Positions 1 to 9,825 of a stretch of 64,000 nt of DNA are shown here, piece by piece; the stretch's first letter is position 1, and each line of letters starts with the position of its first letter. This DNA comes from Elainellaceae cyanobacterium (GTDB lineage: Bacteria; Cyanobacteriota; Cyanobacteriia; CAKZMO01), in contig JBHJHJ010000022.1 of assembly GCA_050330955.1 (NCBI GenBank), forward strand, positions 117-64,116, read 5' to 3'. Both the position numbers and the translations under genes were made by a program. The notes beneath the pieces were generated by a model, which saw only the letters and a list, made by a program, of their open reading frames with translations, had not been told where the DNA came from and made no database searches.

Positions 1-1038
1 TGAGCCAACACCAGCTTCATTCGAGAAAGAGCTTCTCCGAATCCCCTGGACGATGACCCCGACGATGCCGCCGGCAACTGCAGTGGGGGCAAAGGCTTGG
101 CTAATAATCGTGCCAACAGCTCCAGGCACTTCACCAATGTTGACCACAATGATGAACAAGCAGGCCAGGATATAAACCAGCGCCATTGCAGGGACCAGCT
201 TTTCCGCTACGGCACCAATACGCTGAATGCCGCCGATGATGACCACCCCGACCAGCGCTGCGAAGGCTAGCCCGAACAGCCACGCCGGTAGACCGGGAAT
301 CAGCTCGTTGATAGCCGCGAAAGCCTGATTTGACTGGAACATATTGGCCCCGCCTAAGCTGCCGCAGATGCAAAGAATGCAGAATAAAACAGCCAGACCT
401 TGACCGAGAGGGCGCATTCCCTTGGGAGACAGACCGCGAGTAAGGTAGTACATTGGGCCTCCCAGCACGGTTCCATCATCTAAAACGCGGCGATACTTAA
501 CCGCAAGGGAGCACTCCACAAACTTAGTGACCATGCCGAAGAAAGCGGCCAGCGTCAGCCAAACCATAGCCCCCGGTCCCCCAAGCTGGATGGCTACCGC
601 TACGCCAGCAATGTTGCCGAGGCCCACCGTGCCAGAGACGGCGGTCGCCAGAGCCTGAAAGTGCGACACCTCACCCTCGTCATCAGGGTCATCGAACTTA
701 CCTCGAACAATGTCAAGAGCGTGCTTGAACCCGCGTAGATTGATGAACTGTAGGCGCAGCGTGTAGTACGTTGCGGCGACAAATAGCCACAGCACAATGA
801 AGGGAAATCCATTTTCCCCACCAATCTTAAAGAAGAGCAGGGCGGACAGTATTTTGACAATGGGTTGAAAAACCAAGTCTACGCCCGTTGTCGTGCTGTC
901 CTGCGCCAAGGCAGGGCGGGCCAGGGCAAACAGCAGTGCAGCGGTTAGCCCTGCCATGAGCCAGGCGCTTACCCCAAAACGGGTTTGGAGCTGCCTTGAT
1001 GTAGCCCCTGAGGAGTCTGGTGGAGAGTATCTTTCCAT
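1..1038 (-). CDS. Alanine/glycine:cation symporter (AGCS family), partial. The 3' end of the gene runs off the left edge of the window.
   Basis: The reverse-strand open frame starts at ATG 1036-1038 (MERYSPPDSSG...) and has no stop before position 1. Translation shows multiple TM helices and the AGCS-type motif GGPGAMVWLTLAAFFGM. It is missing from the ORF track because it is unbounded. Confidence 0.75.
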   Translation of the reverse strand, partial: MERYSPPDSSGATSRQLQTRFGVSAWLMAGLTAALLFALARPALAQDSTTTGVDLVFQPIVKILSALLFFKIGGENGFPFIVLWLFVAATYYTLRLQFINLRGFKHALDIVRGKFDDPDDEGEVSHFQALATAVSGTVGLGNIAGVAVAIQLGGPGAMVWLTLAAFFGMVTKFVECSLAVKYRRVLDDGTVLGGPMYYLTRGLSPKGMRPLGQGLAVLFCILCICGSLGGANMFQSNQAFAAINELIPGLPAWLFGLAFAALVGVVIIGGIQRIGAVAEKLVPAMALVYILACLFIIVVNIGEVPGAVGTIISQAFAPTAVAGGIVGVIVQGIRRSSFSNEAGVGS

Positions 1039-1323
1039 ATCGATCTTGGTCCCTTAATTTCTTTACAAATTTCGATTCCTGTAAAGAAATAGCAATTTTT
1101 CTGTGTTGTTGCTGTTACATTCGACACGACAACAGATTTTTGTGCTAGCGATCGCGGTCCGATATAGCGCTTAGGCGGTTAAACCGTAGCGCAGTTTTCC
1201 TGAACGAAGCTACCGCGCACAAATTCTTGCGGCGGCTATAAGAAAAGCGTCCTCAGGACAGCCCGAGAACGCCTACAGACGAAGATTCGATTTGAGCCCT
1301 GGAAGCCCAGTCAAAAGCGCAGG

Positions 1324-2925
1324 CTACTGTTGCTGGATAGGCTCAAGTGCGGGCACAATTACAGGCCTTGCTGGCGTCCTGGGAGTGAACTCAGCCACAA
1401 TTTCAGGCGCAGCGATTTCAGGTGCGGAAATCTCAGGCACGGCAATATTACCCGCGACCGTTATGGCGTCACCATCAGAGGCGATCGCCCCGTCTGGTCT
1501 TAAACCTTTCGTAGCGTCCTTGCCCGCCTGCAGCAGTTTCGGAATGCTCAGCTCAGGCAGCTCTAACCCAGGATTAATCTGAATGGCGGCAAGCTGAAAC
1601 CCGCCGTGAAGGTAGGCTAGAGACTGCTGTAACATCTCGCCAGCATCGACGGCAACCCAGCCGTCGGCGGTGCGCTGACGGTATTCAAAGTGGAGGTGGG
1701 GGCCGGTAGAATTGCCGGTGCTGCCCACGCGACCAATCACCGTACCCTGCTCGACCCATTCGCCAGACTTGACGAATACTTCAGACATGTGGCCGTATAG
1801 GGTTTGGGCCGAGTGCTCATCGTGCTGCAGCACAACCGTCACCCCGTAGCCGCCTAAGATGTCTGATAGGGCTACCCGACCAGAGTAGGCCGCGACGATA
1901 GGCGTGCCCTGGGGCGCGGCGATGTCGGTCCCCGTATGGAGACGGTGATTCCCAAAAATGGGGTGGATTCGCCAACCAAAGGCGGAGGAGATGCGGGCAG
2001 GGACCGTCAGCGGGAACATTAGCGCACGGTTGTCGTTGCCCCGTAGCGCTTTAGGCCGGACTGTGCGGCTGTAGTAGTCACGCACCGAGCGACGCAGGTG
2101 AATGCCCTGGCCGTCAATCGTAATCGAGCCAACGCGAACTGCACTCACGGCTGGTGGTAGAGCCCCAGGGGCCGCAGCACCAGCGCTTCCTGGAGCAGAC
2201 GTAGTTCCACTGGCGCCGCAGACGCTTGTGGGAATAGCTTCGCCAGCGCGGATGACGGTCTCACAGCCGGTGGAGCGCTCTGAGAGTATGACATCAGGAC
2301 CGGCGGTGGGCTCAGTAGCCCCCACGCTGTAGTCGGTAGGGTCAATATACTGAGCGCCGTAGTCGACGGCGTTATCTTCCGTCGCTTTAGATGTCGGGCT
2401 GGGGGCCTCCTCCAAGGGTGCTGCGGCTGGTGCGGGAGGCGCTAATTCTACCGGGGGCACCGATACAGAAGGGGCATCGGCGGTAGAGGTGTCGATGCCG
2501 AGGGCTGCGGCAGAAGGCTCTGCGGCAGAGGCGACCCAGTCTTCAGAAGCGGAAATATCGGCGGCAGAGGTGCTGATTTTAGGGTCAGCCGCTTCAGCGC
2601 TATCCGCCTTAGTGCTTACGGTTTCAGCGCTATTGGCCTCAGTGCTATTAGGCGCTGCTGCGTCTGCAGCCGATAGCTCCACTGGAAAGTACTCTGGAGG
2701 CATGACCGCAGCCATCTCAATAGGCTCCACCGAAGCGGCAGACCGGGAGGGAAGACCTGGGGCTTCCGGCATGGGCAGGGGCGCTGCCGCAATGACCTGC
2801 TTTGCGATCGCCACATTAGAGGCGCTTCCCAGCAGGCCAGCACAGCCCAGTCCGCTGGCCAGCATTGAATAAGCGCGTCGGTAAGATTTATAGAACTTAG
2901 AGGAGGAATGTTTAGCCATAGTCAT
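1324..2925 (-). CDS. M23 family metallopeptidase (LytM domain) with a long Ala/Pro/Ser-rich low-complexity region
   Basis: HxxxD-type motif HTGTDIAAPQGTPIVAAYSGRV and the zinc motif GSTGNSTGPHLHFE. N-terminal signal-like segment. C-terminal tandem PEI(S/A)A peptide repeats. Confidence 0.85.
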   Translation of the reverse strand: MTMAKHSSSKFYKSYRRAYSMLASGLGCAGLLGSASNVAIAKQVIAAAPLPMPEAPGLPSRSAASVEPIEMAAVMPPEYFPVELSAADAAAPNSTEANSAETVSTKADSAEAADPKISTSAADISASEDWVASAAEPSAAALGIDTSTADAPSVSVPPVELAPPAPAAAPLEEAPSPTSKATEDNAVDYGAQYIDPTDYSVGATEPTAGPDVILSERSTGCETVIRAGEAIPTSVCGASGTTSAPGSAGAAAPGALPPAVSAVRVGSITIDGQGIHLRRSVRDYYSRTVRPKALRGNDNRALMFPLTVPARISSAFGWRIHPIFGNHRLHTGTDIAAPQGTPIVAAYSGRVALSDILGGYGVTVVLQHDEHSAQTLYGHMSEVFVKSGEWVEQGTVIGRVGSTGNSTGPHLHFEYRQRTADGWVAVDAGEMLQQSLAYLHGGFQLAAIQINPGLELPELSIPKLLQAGKDATKGLRPDGAIASDGDAITVAGNIAVPEISAPEIAAPEIVAEFTPRTPARPVIVPALEPIQQQ

Positions 2926-3296
2926 AACTTATACATCGCACAGCATGCCTGTTCTCGGTTGCGGAAGCCATCGATAGCCCAGGTTGAACCGTAAATCGGT
3001 TCTGCGTAATCAGGCCTGAGTTACCCCAACTGGCTGAAATACAGCTCCAGCTTCCCAGGATAAACGCTATAGTACCCATCCGACAAATTGGGCTCAATAC
3101 CGCTTGATGAGACCGTCCCAGCAGTCAGCTTAGCCTAAAGCTAGATTGTCTGAAGAACGCTAGCAATAGTTCCTGAGAGAGCAAAAACCACAGCAGTATG
3201 AGCCCAGGGCCAGATGCCAAAGTCGAGCGCTTGTCTAATATAGCGATCGCCCGTGGTCTGGTCCGGATAGCATAAGCAAGATTTCGGAAGTAGCTC

Positions 3297-4289
3297 CTAC
3301 GGACAGCCTCCCGTTTGAAGGCCGGCTGGTACCTCTAGGGTGTCGCCAATTTCGGCGCCCGTATGGTATGCCGCCAGCAAAATATCGCTGGTTTTACCCC
3401 AGGCGATCGCCCCGGTGTGGTCGAGACCAATGGCACCCAGGTCGCGCTGATTATGTTGGGCCTCGGCGCAGGAGCGGGCAAAGGCCGCTTCTAGGGTGTA
3501 GCCGTCGGTGACGCGAACGGCAATGCGAGGAGCGAGGCACTCGTCAATGATGTCTTCCCCGATGCCGGTGCAGCTGATGGCTGAGGTTGGGGTGGCGTAG
3601 TTTCCGGCGGGCATAGCGGAATCGCTGACGCGGCCAATGCGCTCGAACCCTTTCCCGCCTGTGGAGGTGCCTACCGCCAGTCGTCCTTGGCTGTCGCGCA
3701 CCACAACGCCGATGGTGCCCCGTCCGGCTTCATCGCTGGTGTCGGCTATGGGCTTGGCCATGGGCTCAGCCCCAGAACCGGCGAGGGACTCGGCCACCAC
3801 GTTGGCCATGCTGGCGTCGAAATTACCCTGACGCTCCTGGAGCCACTCCTGCAGCCGCAGATCGGTGAGGGGGCTGTGGATAGGGATCCCTTGCTCGCGG
3901 GCCAGCAGGGCGGCGCCGGTCTCCGAGAGGACTCGGTCTGGGGAGTCCTGCAGCAGGCGGGCGAGGTCAATCGGATTTTTCACCTGACCGACGTTGATGA
4001 CGCCGCTGAAGCGCTGGCGATCGCCTACCATAATCGCGGCGCTCATGCGCACCTGTCCGTCAGACTGGAGTACAGAGCCGGTGCCCGCATTGAAGCGGGG
4101 CTCGTCTTCAAGCAGGCGACAGCCGAGGGCCACCACCGCTTCTGCCGGTTTCCCGTCGGTGAGGGCCGCGTAGGTCTGCTGAACAATGTCCCGCAGCGAT
4201 CGCCGCACGGCCTCCAGTCCCCCCTTCCCTTTGAGGGAACTGCCGGCGCCGCCGTGGATAATGAGTTTGGGCTGTACCTGATTTGCCAT
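3297..4289 (-). CDS. Isoaspartyl peptidase / L-asparaginase (Ntn-hydrolase family)
   Basis: N-terminus KLIIHGGAGS. Thr-nucleophile block GTIGVVVRDSQGRLAVGTSTGG. Length about 330 aa. Confidence 0.85.
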   Translation of the reverse strand: MANQVQPKLIIHGGAGSSLKGKGGLEAVRRSLRDIVQQTYAALTDGKPAEAVVALGCRLLEDEPRFNAGTGSVLQSDGQVRMSAAIMVGDRQRFSGVINVGQVKNPIDLARLLQDSPDRVLSETGAALLAREQGIPIHSPLTDLRLQEWLQERQGNFDASMANVVAESLAGSGAEPMAKPIADTSDEAGRGTIGVVVRDSQGRLAVGTSTGGKGFERIGRVSDSAMPAGNYATPTSAISCTGIGEDIIDECLAPRIAVRVTDGYTLEAAFARSCAEAQHNQRDLGAIGLDHTGAIAWGKTSDILLAAYHTGAEIGDTLEVPAGLQTGGCP

Positions 4290-4327
4290 GATTTTATCGC
4301 TGTATGGATGGGGCTACTCCCAATAGC

Positions 4328-4489
4328 TTAGGGCGTCTCCTGCCGCTCCGATCGCCTCCGGCGGCAGCGGTCAGAGCAGTATTTGACCTCATCCCAGCAG
4401 TCTTTCCATTTCTTTCGCCAGCTGAAAGGGCGCTGGCAAACTGGGCAGATTTTGCTGGGCAGGTCAGCTTTTGAGCGGGTGCGTCCCAT
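4328..4489 (-). CDS. DUF2256 zinc-ribbon small protein
   Basis: KICPVCQRPFSWRKKWKDCWDEVKYCSDRCRRRR matches the DUF2256 signature. Start chosen at the internal MGRTRSK. Confidence 0.6.
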   Translation of the reverse strand: MGRTRSKADLPSKICPVCQRPFSWRKKWKDCWDEVKYCSDRCRRRRSERQETP

Positions 4490-4518
4490 TGATTTTACAA
4501 GGCTGTACTTTATAAAGT

Positions 4519-5379
4519 ATGACAAAAGCAAAGCTAGACAAACTGCGCATCGTGCTGGTGGAGCCGGCAGGGGCGCTCAACGTGGGGGCGATCGCCCGCG
4601 TGATGAAGAATTTTGGGCTCTCCCAGCTCTTTTTGGTGAATGCCCGCTGCGACCCCATGGGGGAAGAGGCCCGGCTGATGGCGGTGCATGCGGCCGATGT
4701 GCTGGACCAGTGCCGCCAGGTGGAGCACCTGTCTCAAGCCCTCGAAGGCTGCCAGCAGGCCGTGGCCACCACCGCTCGCGATCGCGCAACCCGGCCACTC
4801 TATAGCCCGGAGGCTGGGTTGGCCAGGCTGCTGGTAGCCCCCTCCACAGAGGCTGCATCAGCGCTGATATTTGGCCCGGAAGATCGGGGATTGAGCAATG
4901 AGGAATTGGCCTACGCCCAGTGCAGCATCCGTATCCCGACCCACCCAGGGTATCCGTCGCTCAACCTGGCGCAGGCTGTTGCCGTCTGCTGCTATGTCCT
5001 CTCTGGTCTAGCCCAGCGGCTTCCAGACCCTTCCGGGGCCGACGGCCCAGCCGGCAGTCCAGCGGGCTCAAGGGCTAGCTCGATGGCGGGGCCAAGTGAC
5101 CCGGTGGTTGCCCCGGCGCTATCGCCCCTAGACGGGGCGATAGCGCCTTTAGATGAAGTGGAAGGGCTGTATCAGCATTTAGAGACAACCCTGCTGCGCA
5201 TTGGCTATCTTTATCCCCATACGGCAGCCAGCCGCATGGAAAAGTTTCGGGATTTGGGGCATCGGGCCCAGCTTTCTTCACAAGAGGTTACGATGCTTCG
5301 GGGTATCCTACGCCAGATCGCCTGGTATGTTGACCCCAATCGCAGGGATGGGAGCACAGCCGATGAACTCGAGGCATAG
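4519..5379 (+). CDS. SpoU/TrmH-class RNA 2'-O-methyltransferase (TrmJ-like)
   Basis: N-terminus LRIVLVEPAGALNVGAIARVMKNFG is the SPOUT fold opening typical of TrmJ. Has a C-terminal extension. Confidence 0.75.
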   Translation: MTKAKLDKLRIVLVEPAGALNVGAIARVMKNFGLSQLFLVNARCDPMGEEARLMAVHAADVLDQCRQVEHLSQALEGCQQAVATTARDRATRPLYSPEAGLARLLVAPSTEAASALIFGPEDRGLSNEELAYAQCSIRIPTHPGYPSLNLAQAVAVCCYVLSGLAQRLPDPSGADGPAGSPAGSRASSMAGPSDPVVAPALSPLDGAIAPLDEVEGLYQHLETTLLRIGYLYPHTAASRMEKFRDLGHRAQLSSQEVTMLRGILRQIAWYVDPNRRDGSTADELEA

Positions 5380-5413
5380 AATACAAGCAGTAGCAAAAGC
5401 GGGAGATTGAGTC

Positions 5414-7030
5414 ATGGCAGAACTGGGAGGTCGCTCCAGACGATCGCATCAGCATATCCGCCCCCGAGTGGGTCCAGTGCCCTCCAGACCGTCGTCCTTG
5501 GGCCGGCAGCCGGCCCCGCGACGGCAGGTGATCAATCTTCCCCCTGCTGCAAAAGACCAGCTGCCTGGCGCAGCGGAGGACAGCGCAAAGGGCTCAGCAA
5601 ACTTAAGATTGCTGAATGCGGCGCCGTCTAATCGTTCCTCGCCGCCGCGACAGGCCTCGGCATTACCGCTGCAGAAGAAACGGAGCACTCCGCCGCTCCC
5701 GTCTGCAGCCTCTGCCAAGCCATCCCCCCACAGGTCTTCACCCAGCACGCCTCGGCGGCGACGCCCTCAGATATCTAACTACGCCTCGGCGTTCGGAGGC
5801 CGTCGTCAGCCGGTCCGTCAGCCGAGTCGCCAACTGGGTCGTCAGGCCCATCCAGCGCGTCAGGATGCCGCCCTAACCCTACAGCACTCTAATCGAGGGG
5901 CCATAGCCCGCCGCAAGGCACCGCATCTAACCCCGCTCCCGTCCCGTCCCGCTCCCGCCAGCCCCCGGCGCGATCGCCAGCAGCGGCCCCGGCAGCGGCC
6001 CCGGCCCCAGCGCCGCTCAACGCCCCGCTGGCTGTATGCCCTTCGGCTGCTGATTTTAGGCCTCGGCGTTGGCGCGATTGCGGGCACCCTGATCTCGGCG
6101 CTAAATCCGGCTCAGCAGATGGCCCAGCAGCGCAGCTCGGCCTCGCCCTCGGCCCCGTCGTCGGAGGGGGGAACTGCTGCCGCTGCTGAGGGCAGCAACG
6201 CGGCGGCGTCCGCTTTGGGGACCATCGCCCTCGGGGCTGAGATGACAACGCTCAAAACTGACATCACCGAAGCGATCGCAGCCTACCCCGATCTCTCGCC
6301 GGGGGTGATGATTTTAGATCTTGATACGGGAGACTACGTGGATATCAGGGCTAATGCCCCCATAGCCGCGGCCAGCACCATTAAGGTGCCTATTCTCGTG
6401 GCCTTTTTGCAGAGCGTTGAAGCTGGAAGCATTGGTCTAAGCGATCGCCTTACCATGGAGGAAGCGGACATCGTTGGGGAAGCGGGGGAGATGCAGCTCC
6501 AGCCTGCCGGGACGACTTACTCGGCCCTGGAGACCGCGGACCTAATGATCACCATCAGCGACAACACTGCAACCAATATTCTGATTCGAAAGCTAGGGGG
6601 ACAATCAGCGCTCAATCAGCGCTTTAGCCAGTGGGGATTAACCCAGACCCAAATCGCCCAGCCGCTGCCCGATATCGAGGGTCAGAACACTACAACTCCG
6701 ATGGAAATGGTGACCCTGCTAACCTCCATCAGCAACGGTAATCTGCTCTCGTCTCGTTCACGCGATCGCATGTTCGATATTCTGCGCAACACCAGGACAG
6801 ATTCGCTTCTGCCACAGGGCATCCCGCCTGACGCGGCGATCGCCCATAAAACTGGAACTATTGGCCAGATGCTTGGCGATGTGGGTATTATCGATACTCC
6901 CCAGGGTAACCAGTACGCCATTGCGGTCATGGTGAAACGCCCCCACGACGATGAGCGAGCCGCTGATCTCATTCGTCAGGTGTCTACGCTGACCTATGAT
7001 GCCTTTTCAGCAGACAAGGTTTCACTCTGA
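5414..7030 (+). CDS. Class A beta-lactamase-related serine hydrolase with a TM anchor and a roughly 200-aa Arg/Pro/Ser-rich N-terminal region
   Basis: SxxK motif STIKVP, SDN motif ISDNTATN, KTG motif HKTGTIG. TM helix LRLLILGLGVGAIAGTLISAL. A GGGAG Shine-Dalgarno sits 8 nt before ATG 5414. There is no alternative in-frame ATG, GTG or TTG before the TM segment. Confidence 0.7.
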   Translation: MAELGGRSRRSHQHIRPRVGPVPSRPSSLGRQPAPRRQVINLPPAAKDQLPGAAEDSAKGSANLRLLNAAPSNRSSPPRQASALPLQKKRSTPPLPSAASAKPSPHRSSPSTPRRRRPQISNYASAFGGRRQPVRQPSRQLGRQAHPARQDAALTLQHSNRGAIARRKAPHLTPLPSRPAPASPRRDRQQRPRQRPRPQRRSTPRWLYALRLLILGLGVGAIAGTLISALNPAQQMAQQRSSASPSAPSSEGGTAAAAEGSNAAASALGTIALGAEMTTLKTDITEAIAAYPDLSPGVMILDLDTGDYVDIRANAPIAAASTIKVPILVAFLQSVEAGSIGLSDRLTMEEADIVGEAGEMQLQPAGTTYSALETADLMITISDNTATNILIRKLGGQSALNQRFSQWGLTQTQIAQPLPDIEGQNTTTPMEMVTLLTSISNGNLLSSRSRDRMFDILRNTRTDSLLPQGIPPDAAIAHKTGTIGQMLGDVGIIDTPQGNQYAIAVMVKRPHDDERAADLIRQVSTLTYDAFSADKVSL

Positions 7031-7162
7031 CGACGCCCCGGTAATGCTGTAAGATCTGTCCGTTTGGAGATCAATTTCGTAAAACATTGCGACGCTGACT
7101 GTTGCCTCTTTACAAGGAGAGGTGTATCGCCGTGAGCTTATGGTGTGTGTGGAGAGAAACTC

Positions 7163-9724
7163 ATGCGTATTCGGTTCCATCCTTTTATTCTGGCCTCTTT
7201 GACGGTTTCGGCTGTCGTCGGAGCCGATCCAGCTGTTCAGGCCCAGCCCCAGCCACCTCAATTGACCGCAGCGGCAGGTGAAATCCTAGCCGATGGCCCT
7301 TTGAGCTCGGAGCTGCCCTCCATGGGGATGCCTCCAGGATACGTTTCGGCGATCGCTGCGCCTCTGTCGGTGCCTATTGTTGAGATGAGTCCGGCTGAAA
7401 TCAGTCCGGCTGAAATCAGTCCGGTCAAGACGCGTCCTGCTGGCGAAGCCTGGCGCCTGGCGAACCTAGCGCCGCCCATTCTAGCCCAGACTGAACCGGC
7501 CCAAACTGAGCCAGCCCAAATTGAATCCAACGAGCCGCTTGAAGTTGAGCAACCCCCCGCCCCCGACACAGACGAAGAATCCATTCTGGAAGGTGAAGAC
7601 ACGACGATAGAAGTAGAGCCCCGGGAGGACGCCGATCCCCAAGATGTTTTTGACACCACTGAGCCCCGGGATCCGGCGATTGAAATTGAGCTGGACGGCA
7701 GTGACCCGCTGGAGCAGATAGAAGAGACGTTTGACCCAGATGACGTCCCTGCGGACGAAGACGCGCCGGCAGCAGAAGAGCCCGAAGCCGATACGCCTGA
7801 GCCAGAGGATCAGCCTCGACTCCAGATTCCCAGCGACGAGGCAGAGATTGAAGTGAGGGTTCTGGTGGCTGAGGTGCAGATCACTGGTCTAGACGGTCGC
7901 CCTGAGCTTGAGCAGGCTATAGAACAGCTGCGCGAGACTCAGCAGCTTCAAACCCAACCGGGCCGGACCACAACGCGATCGCAACTCCAAAGTGATATCA
8001 ACGCTATCTTCTCCACCGGCTTCTTTACCAACGTGCAGGCGGTTCCAGAGGACACACCGCTGGGAGTGCGCATTACCTTTGCCCTCGAACCTAACCCAAT
8101 ACTGCGGGAGGTGGACATCGTGGGCAGTGAGCTAGCCGATCAAGACGTTGCCCTAGCCTACACCCGGGAAGAAGTGGACGAAGACGGCAACACCACGGAA
8201 GTTGAGGTCGAGCTTGAGATTGAGCAACTCGCCGACGCTATCTTTGAAAATCAGTATGGGACCACCCTTAACCTGCTCGACTTTCAAGAGGGCATCAACG
8301 AGCTTGGCGACGTCTACGAAAACAATGGCTACGTGCTGGCCCAGGTGCTAGATGCCCGCCAGGTCTCCGACAGCGGCGTGGCGGTGCTGGAAGTGGCCGA
8401 AGGCGTAATTGAGGATATTGAGGTCAAGTTCCTGGACGAAGATGGCCTGGATCGAGATGAGGACGGTGAACCCGTCGAGGGTAGGACCCGCGATTTCATC
8501 ATTACCCGTGAGTTTGAAACCCAGCCGGGGGATGTCTTCAATCAGCAAGAGATTCAAGAAGACCTGCAGCAGGTGTTCGGGCTGGGCATTTTCGATGACG
8601 TGCGGGTCACCCTGGAGCCCGGTGATGACCCCCGCAACGTAGATGTAGTGGTCAATGTGATTGAGGGCCGCACGGGCTCGCTGGCGGCGGGTCTGGGCTT
8701 TAGCTCCTCCAGCGGCATATTTGGCAGCGTTAGCTATCAGCAGCAAAACCTCGGCGGCAACAATCAGCGTCTCGGGGCCGAGCTGCAGATCGGCGAGCGG
8801 GAGTTTCTGTTTGACGTGCGCTTCACCGACCCCTGGATTGCGGGGGACCCGTTCCGGACGTCCTACACGGTCAATGCCTTTAGCCGCCGATCCATTTCCC
8901 TCATCTTTGACGGTGGGGAAGACGATGTCGATCTGCCCAACGGCGATAGCCCCCGCGTCCAGCGGCTAGGCGGCGCTGTGAGCTTCAGTCGTCCCCTCAA
9001 CGAATGGCTGGGATGGGATGACTGGCGCGCTTCCACTGGAGTCCAGTTTCAGCGCGTCTCCATTCGAGACTCTGACGGTGAGCTGGAGCCCGAAGACGAG
9101 TTTGGTAACGATCTCAGCTTTGACGGCGATGGCACCGATGACCTGTTTACCCTGCAGCTGGGGGCCGTGCGCGATCGCCGCAATAATCCCCAGCAGCCCA
9201 CCAGCGGTTCCCTCCTGAGGGTCGGCAGTGAGCAGTCCATTCCTATTGGGGATGGCAGCATCTTCTTCAACCGCCTGCGGGGCAGCTACAGCTTCTATTT
9301 GCCCGCTAGCCTAACTGACTTTACCGACGGTCCAGAGGCGTTTGCCTTTAACGTCCAAGCTGGGACCGTAATTGGGGATTTGCCCCCCTACGAGGCCTTC
9401 TCCTTGGGGGGAACCGATTCAGTGCGCGGCTTCGACGCTGGGGATTTGGCCGGTGGCCGCAGCTTCGTGCAGGCCACGGCGGAGTATCGCTTCCCCATCT
9501 TTTCCATTGTGGGCGGGGCACTGTTTGTCGACTTCGGCAGCGACCTGGGCACGGGGAGCGACGTGCCTGGGGAGCCTGCGGAAGTGCGCGATAAGCCAGG
9601 CACGGGCTTTGGCTATGGCCTTGGGGTGCGGGTAAATTCGCCTCTGGGTGCGATTCGAGTGGACTATGGCATTAACGACGACGGGGACGGACGCATCCAC
9701 TTCGGCATTGGAGAGCGCTTCTAG
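7163..9724 (+). CDS. bamA: Omp85/BamA family outer-membrane protein assembly factor (cyanobacterial Omp85)
   Basis: Signal peptide MRIRFHPFILASLTVSAVVGA with GGAGA 6 nt upstream. POTRA-like region, then the C-terminal beta-barrel (...GINDDGDGRIHFGIGERF). Pro/acidic N-terminal repeats. It lies upstream of lpxC-fabZ-lpxA-lpxB, as in other cyanobacteria. Confidence 0.85.
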   Translation: MRIRFHPFILASLTVSAVVGADPAVQAQPQPPQLTAAAGEILADGPLSSELPSMGMPPGYVSAIAAPLSVPIVEMSPAEISPAEISPVKTRPAGEAWRLANLAPPILAQTEPAQTEPAQIESNEPLEVEQPPAPDTDEESILEGEDTTIEVEPREDADPQDVFDTTEPRDPAIEIELDGSDPLEQIEETFDPDDVPADEDAPAAEEPEADTPEPEDQPRLQIPSDEAEIEVRVLVAEVQITGLDGRPELEQAIEQLRETQQLQTQPGRTTTRSQLQSDINAIFSTGFFTNVQAVPEDTPLGVRITFALEPNPILREVDIVGSELADQDVALAYTREEVDEDGNTTEVEVELEIEQLADAIFENQYGTTLNLLDFQEGINELGDVYENNGYVLAQVLDARQVSDSGVAVLEVAEGVIEDIEVKFLDEDGLDRDEDGEPVEGRTRDFIITREFETQPGDVFNQQEIQEDLQQVFGLGIFDDVRVTLEPGDDPRNVDVVVNVIEGRTGSLAAGLGFSSSSGIFGSVSYQQQNLGGNNQRLGAELQIGEREFLFDVRFTDPWIAGDPFRTSYTVNAFSRRSISLIFDGGEDDVDLPNGDSPRVQRLGGAVSFSRPLNEWLGWDDWRASTGVQFQRVSIRDSDGELEPEDEFGNDLSFDGDGTDDLFTLQLGAVRDRRNNPQQPTSGSLLRVGSEQSIPIGDGSIFFNRLRGSYSFYLPASLTDFTDGPEAFAFNVQAGTVIGDLPPYEAFSLGGTDSVRGFDAGDLAGGRSFVQATAEYRFPIFSIVGGALFVDFGSDLGTGSDVPGEPAEVRDKPGTGFGYGLGVRVNSPLGAIRVDYGINDDGDGRIHFGIGERF

Positions 9725-9825
9725 GTCCGCTTTTGAGGCCGTTCAAGGTTCAACCTCGGAACGTGATACAGTTCAAAGGCTGTGCTGCGCTTTAGATGCT
9801 GGGCTGTTTCATCAATTGAAATCAT

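Noticed and set aside
1040-1323. Possible tRNA or sRNA in the intergenic region (TTCGATTCC T-loop-like; hairpin TCTTTACA...TGTAAAGA)
   Set aside because: No cloverleaf could be built. Probably just a promoter or leader hairpin. Not reported as an RNA gene.
5449-6248. Long minus-strand ORFs (5449-5748, 5860-6087, 5889-6248) antisense to the N-terminal region of the beta-lactamase-like gene
   Set aside because: GC-rich, stop-poor region. Arg/Pro-rich nonsense translations. The plus-strand gene has an RBS and conserved catalytic motifs.
8348-8746. 132-aa minus-strand ORF inside bamA
   Set aside because: Antisense to a well-supported Omp85 gene. No motifs.
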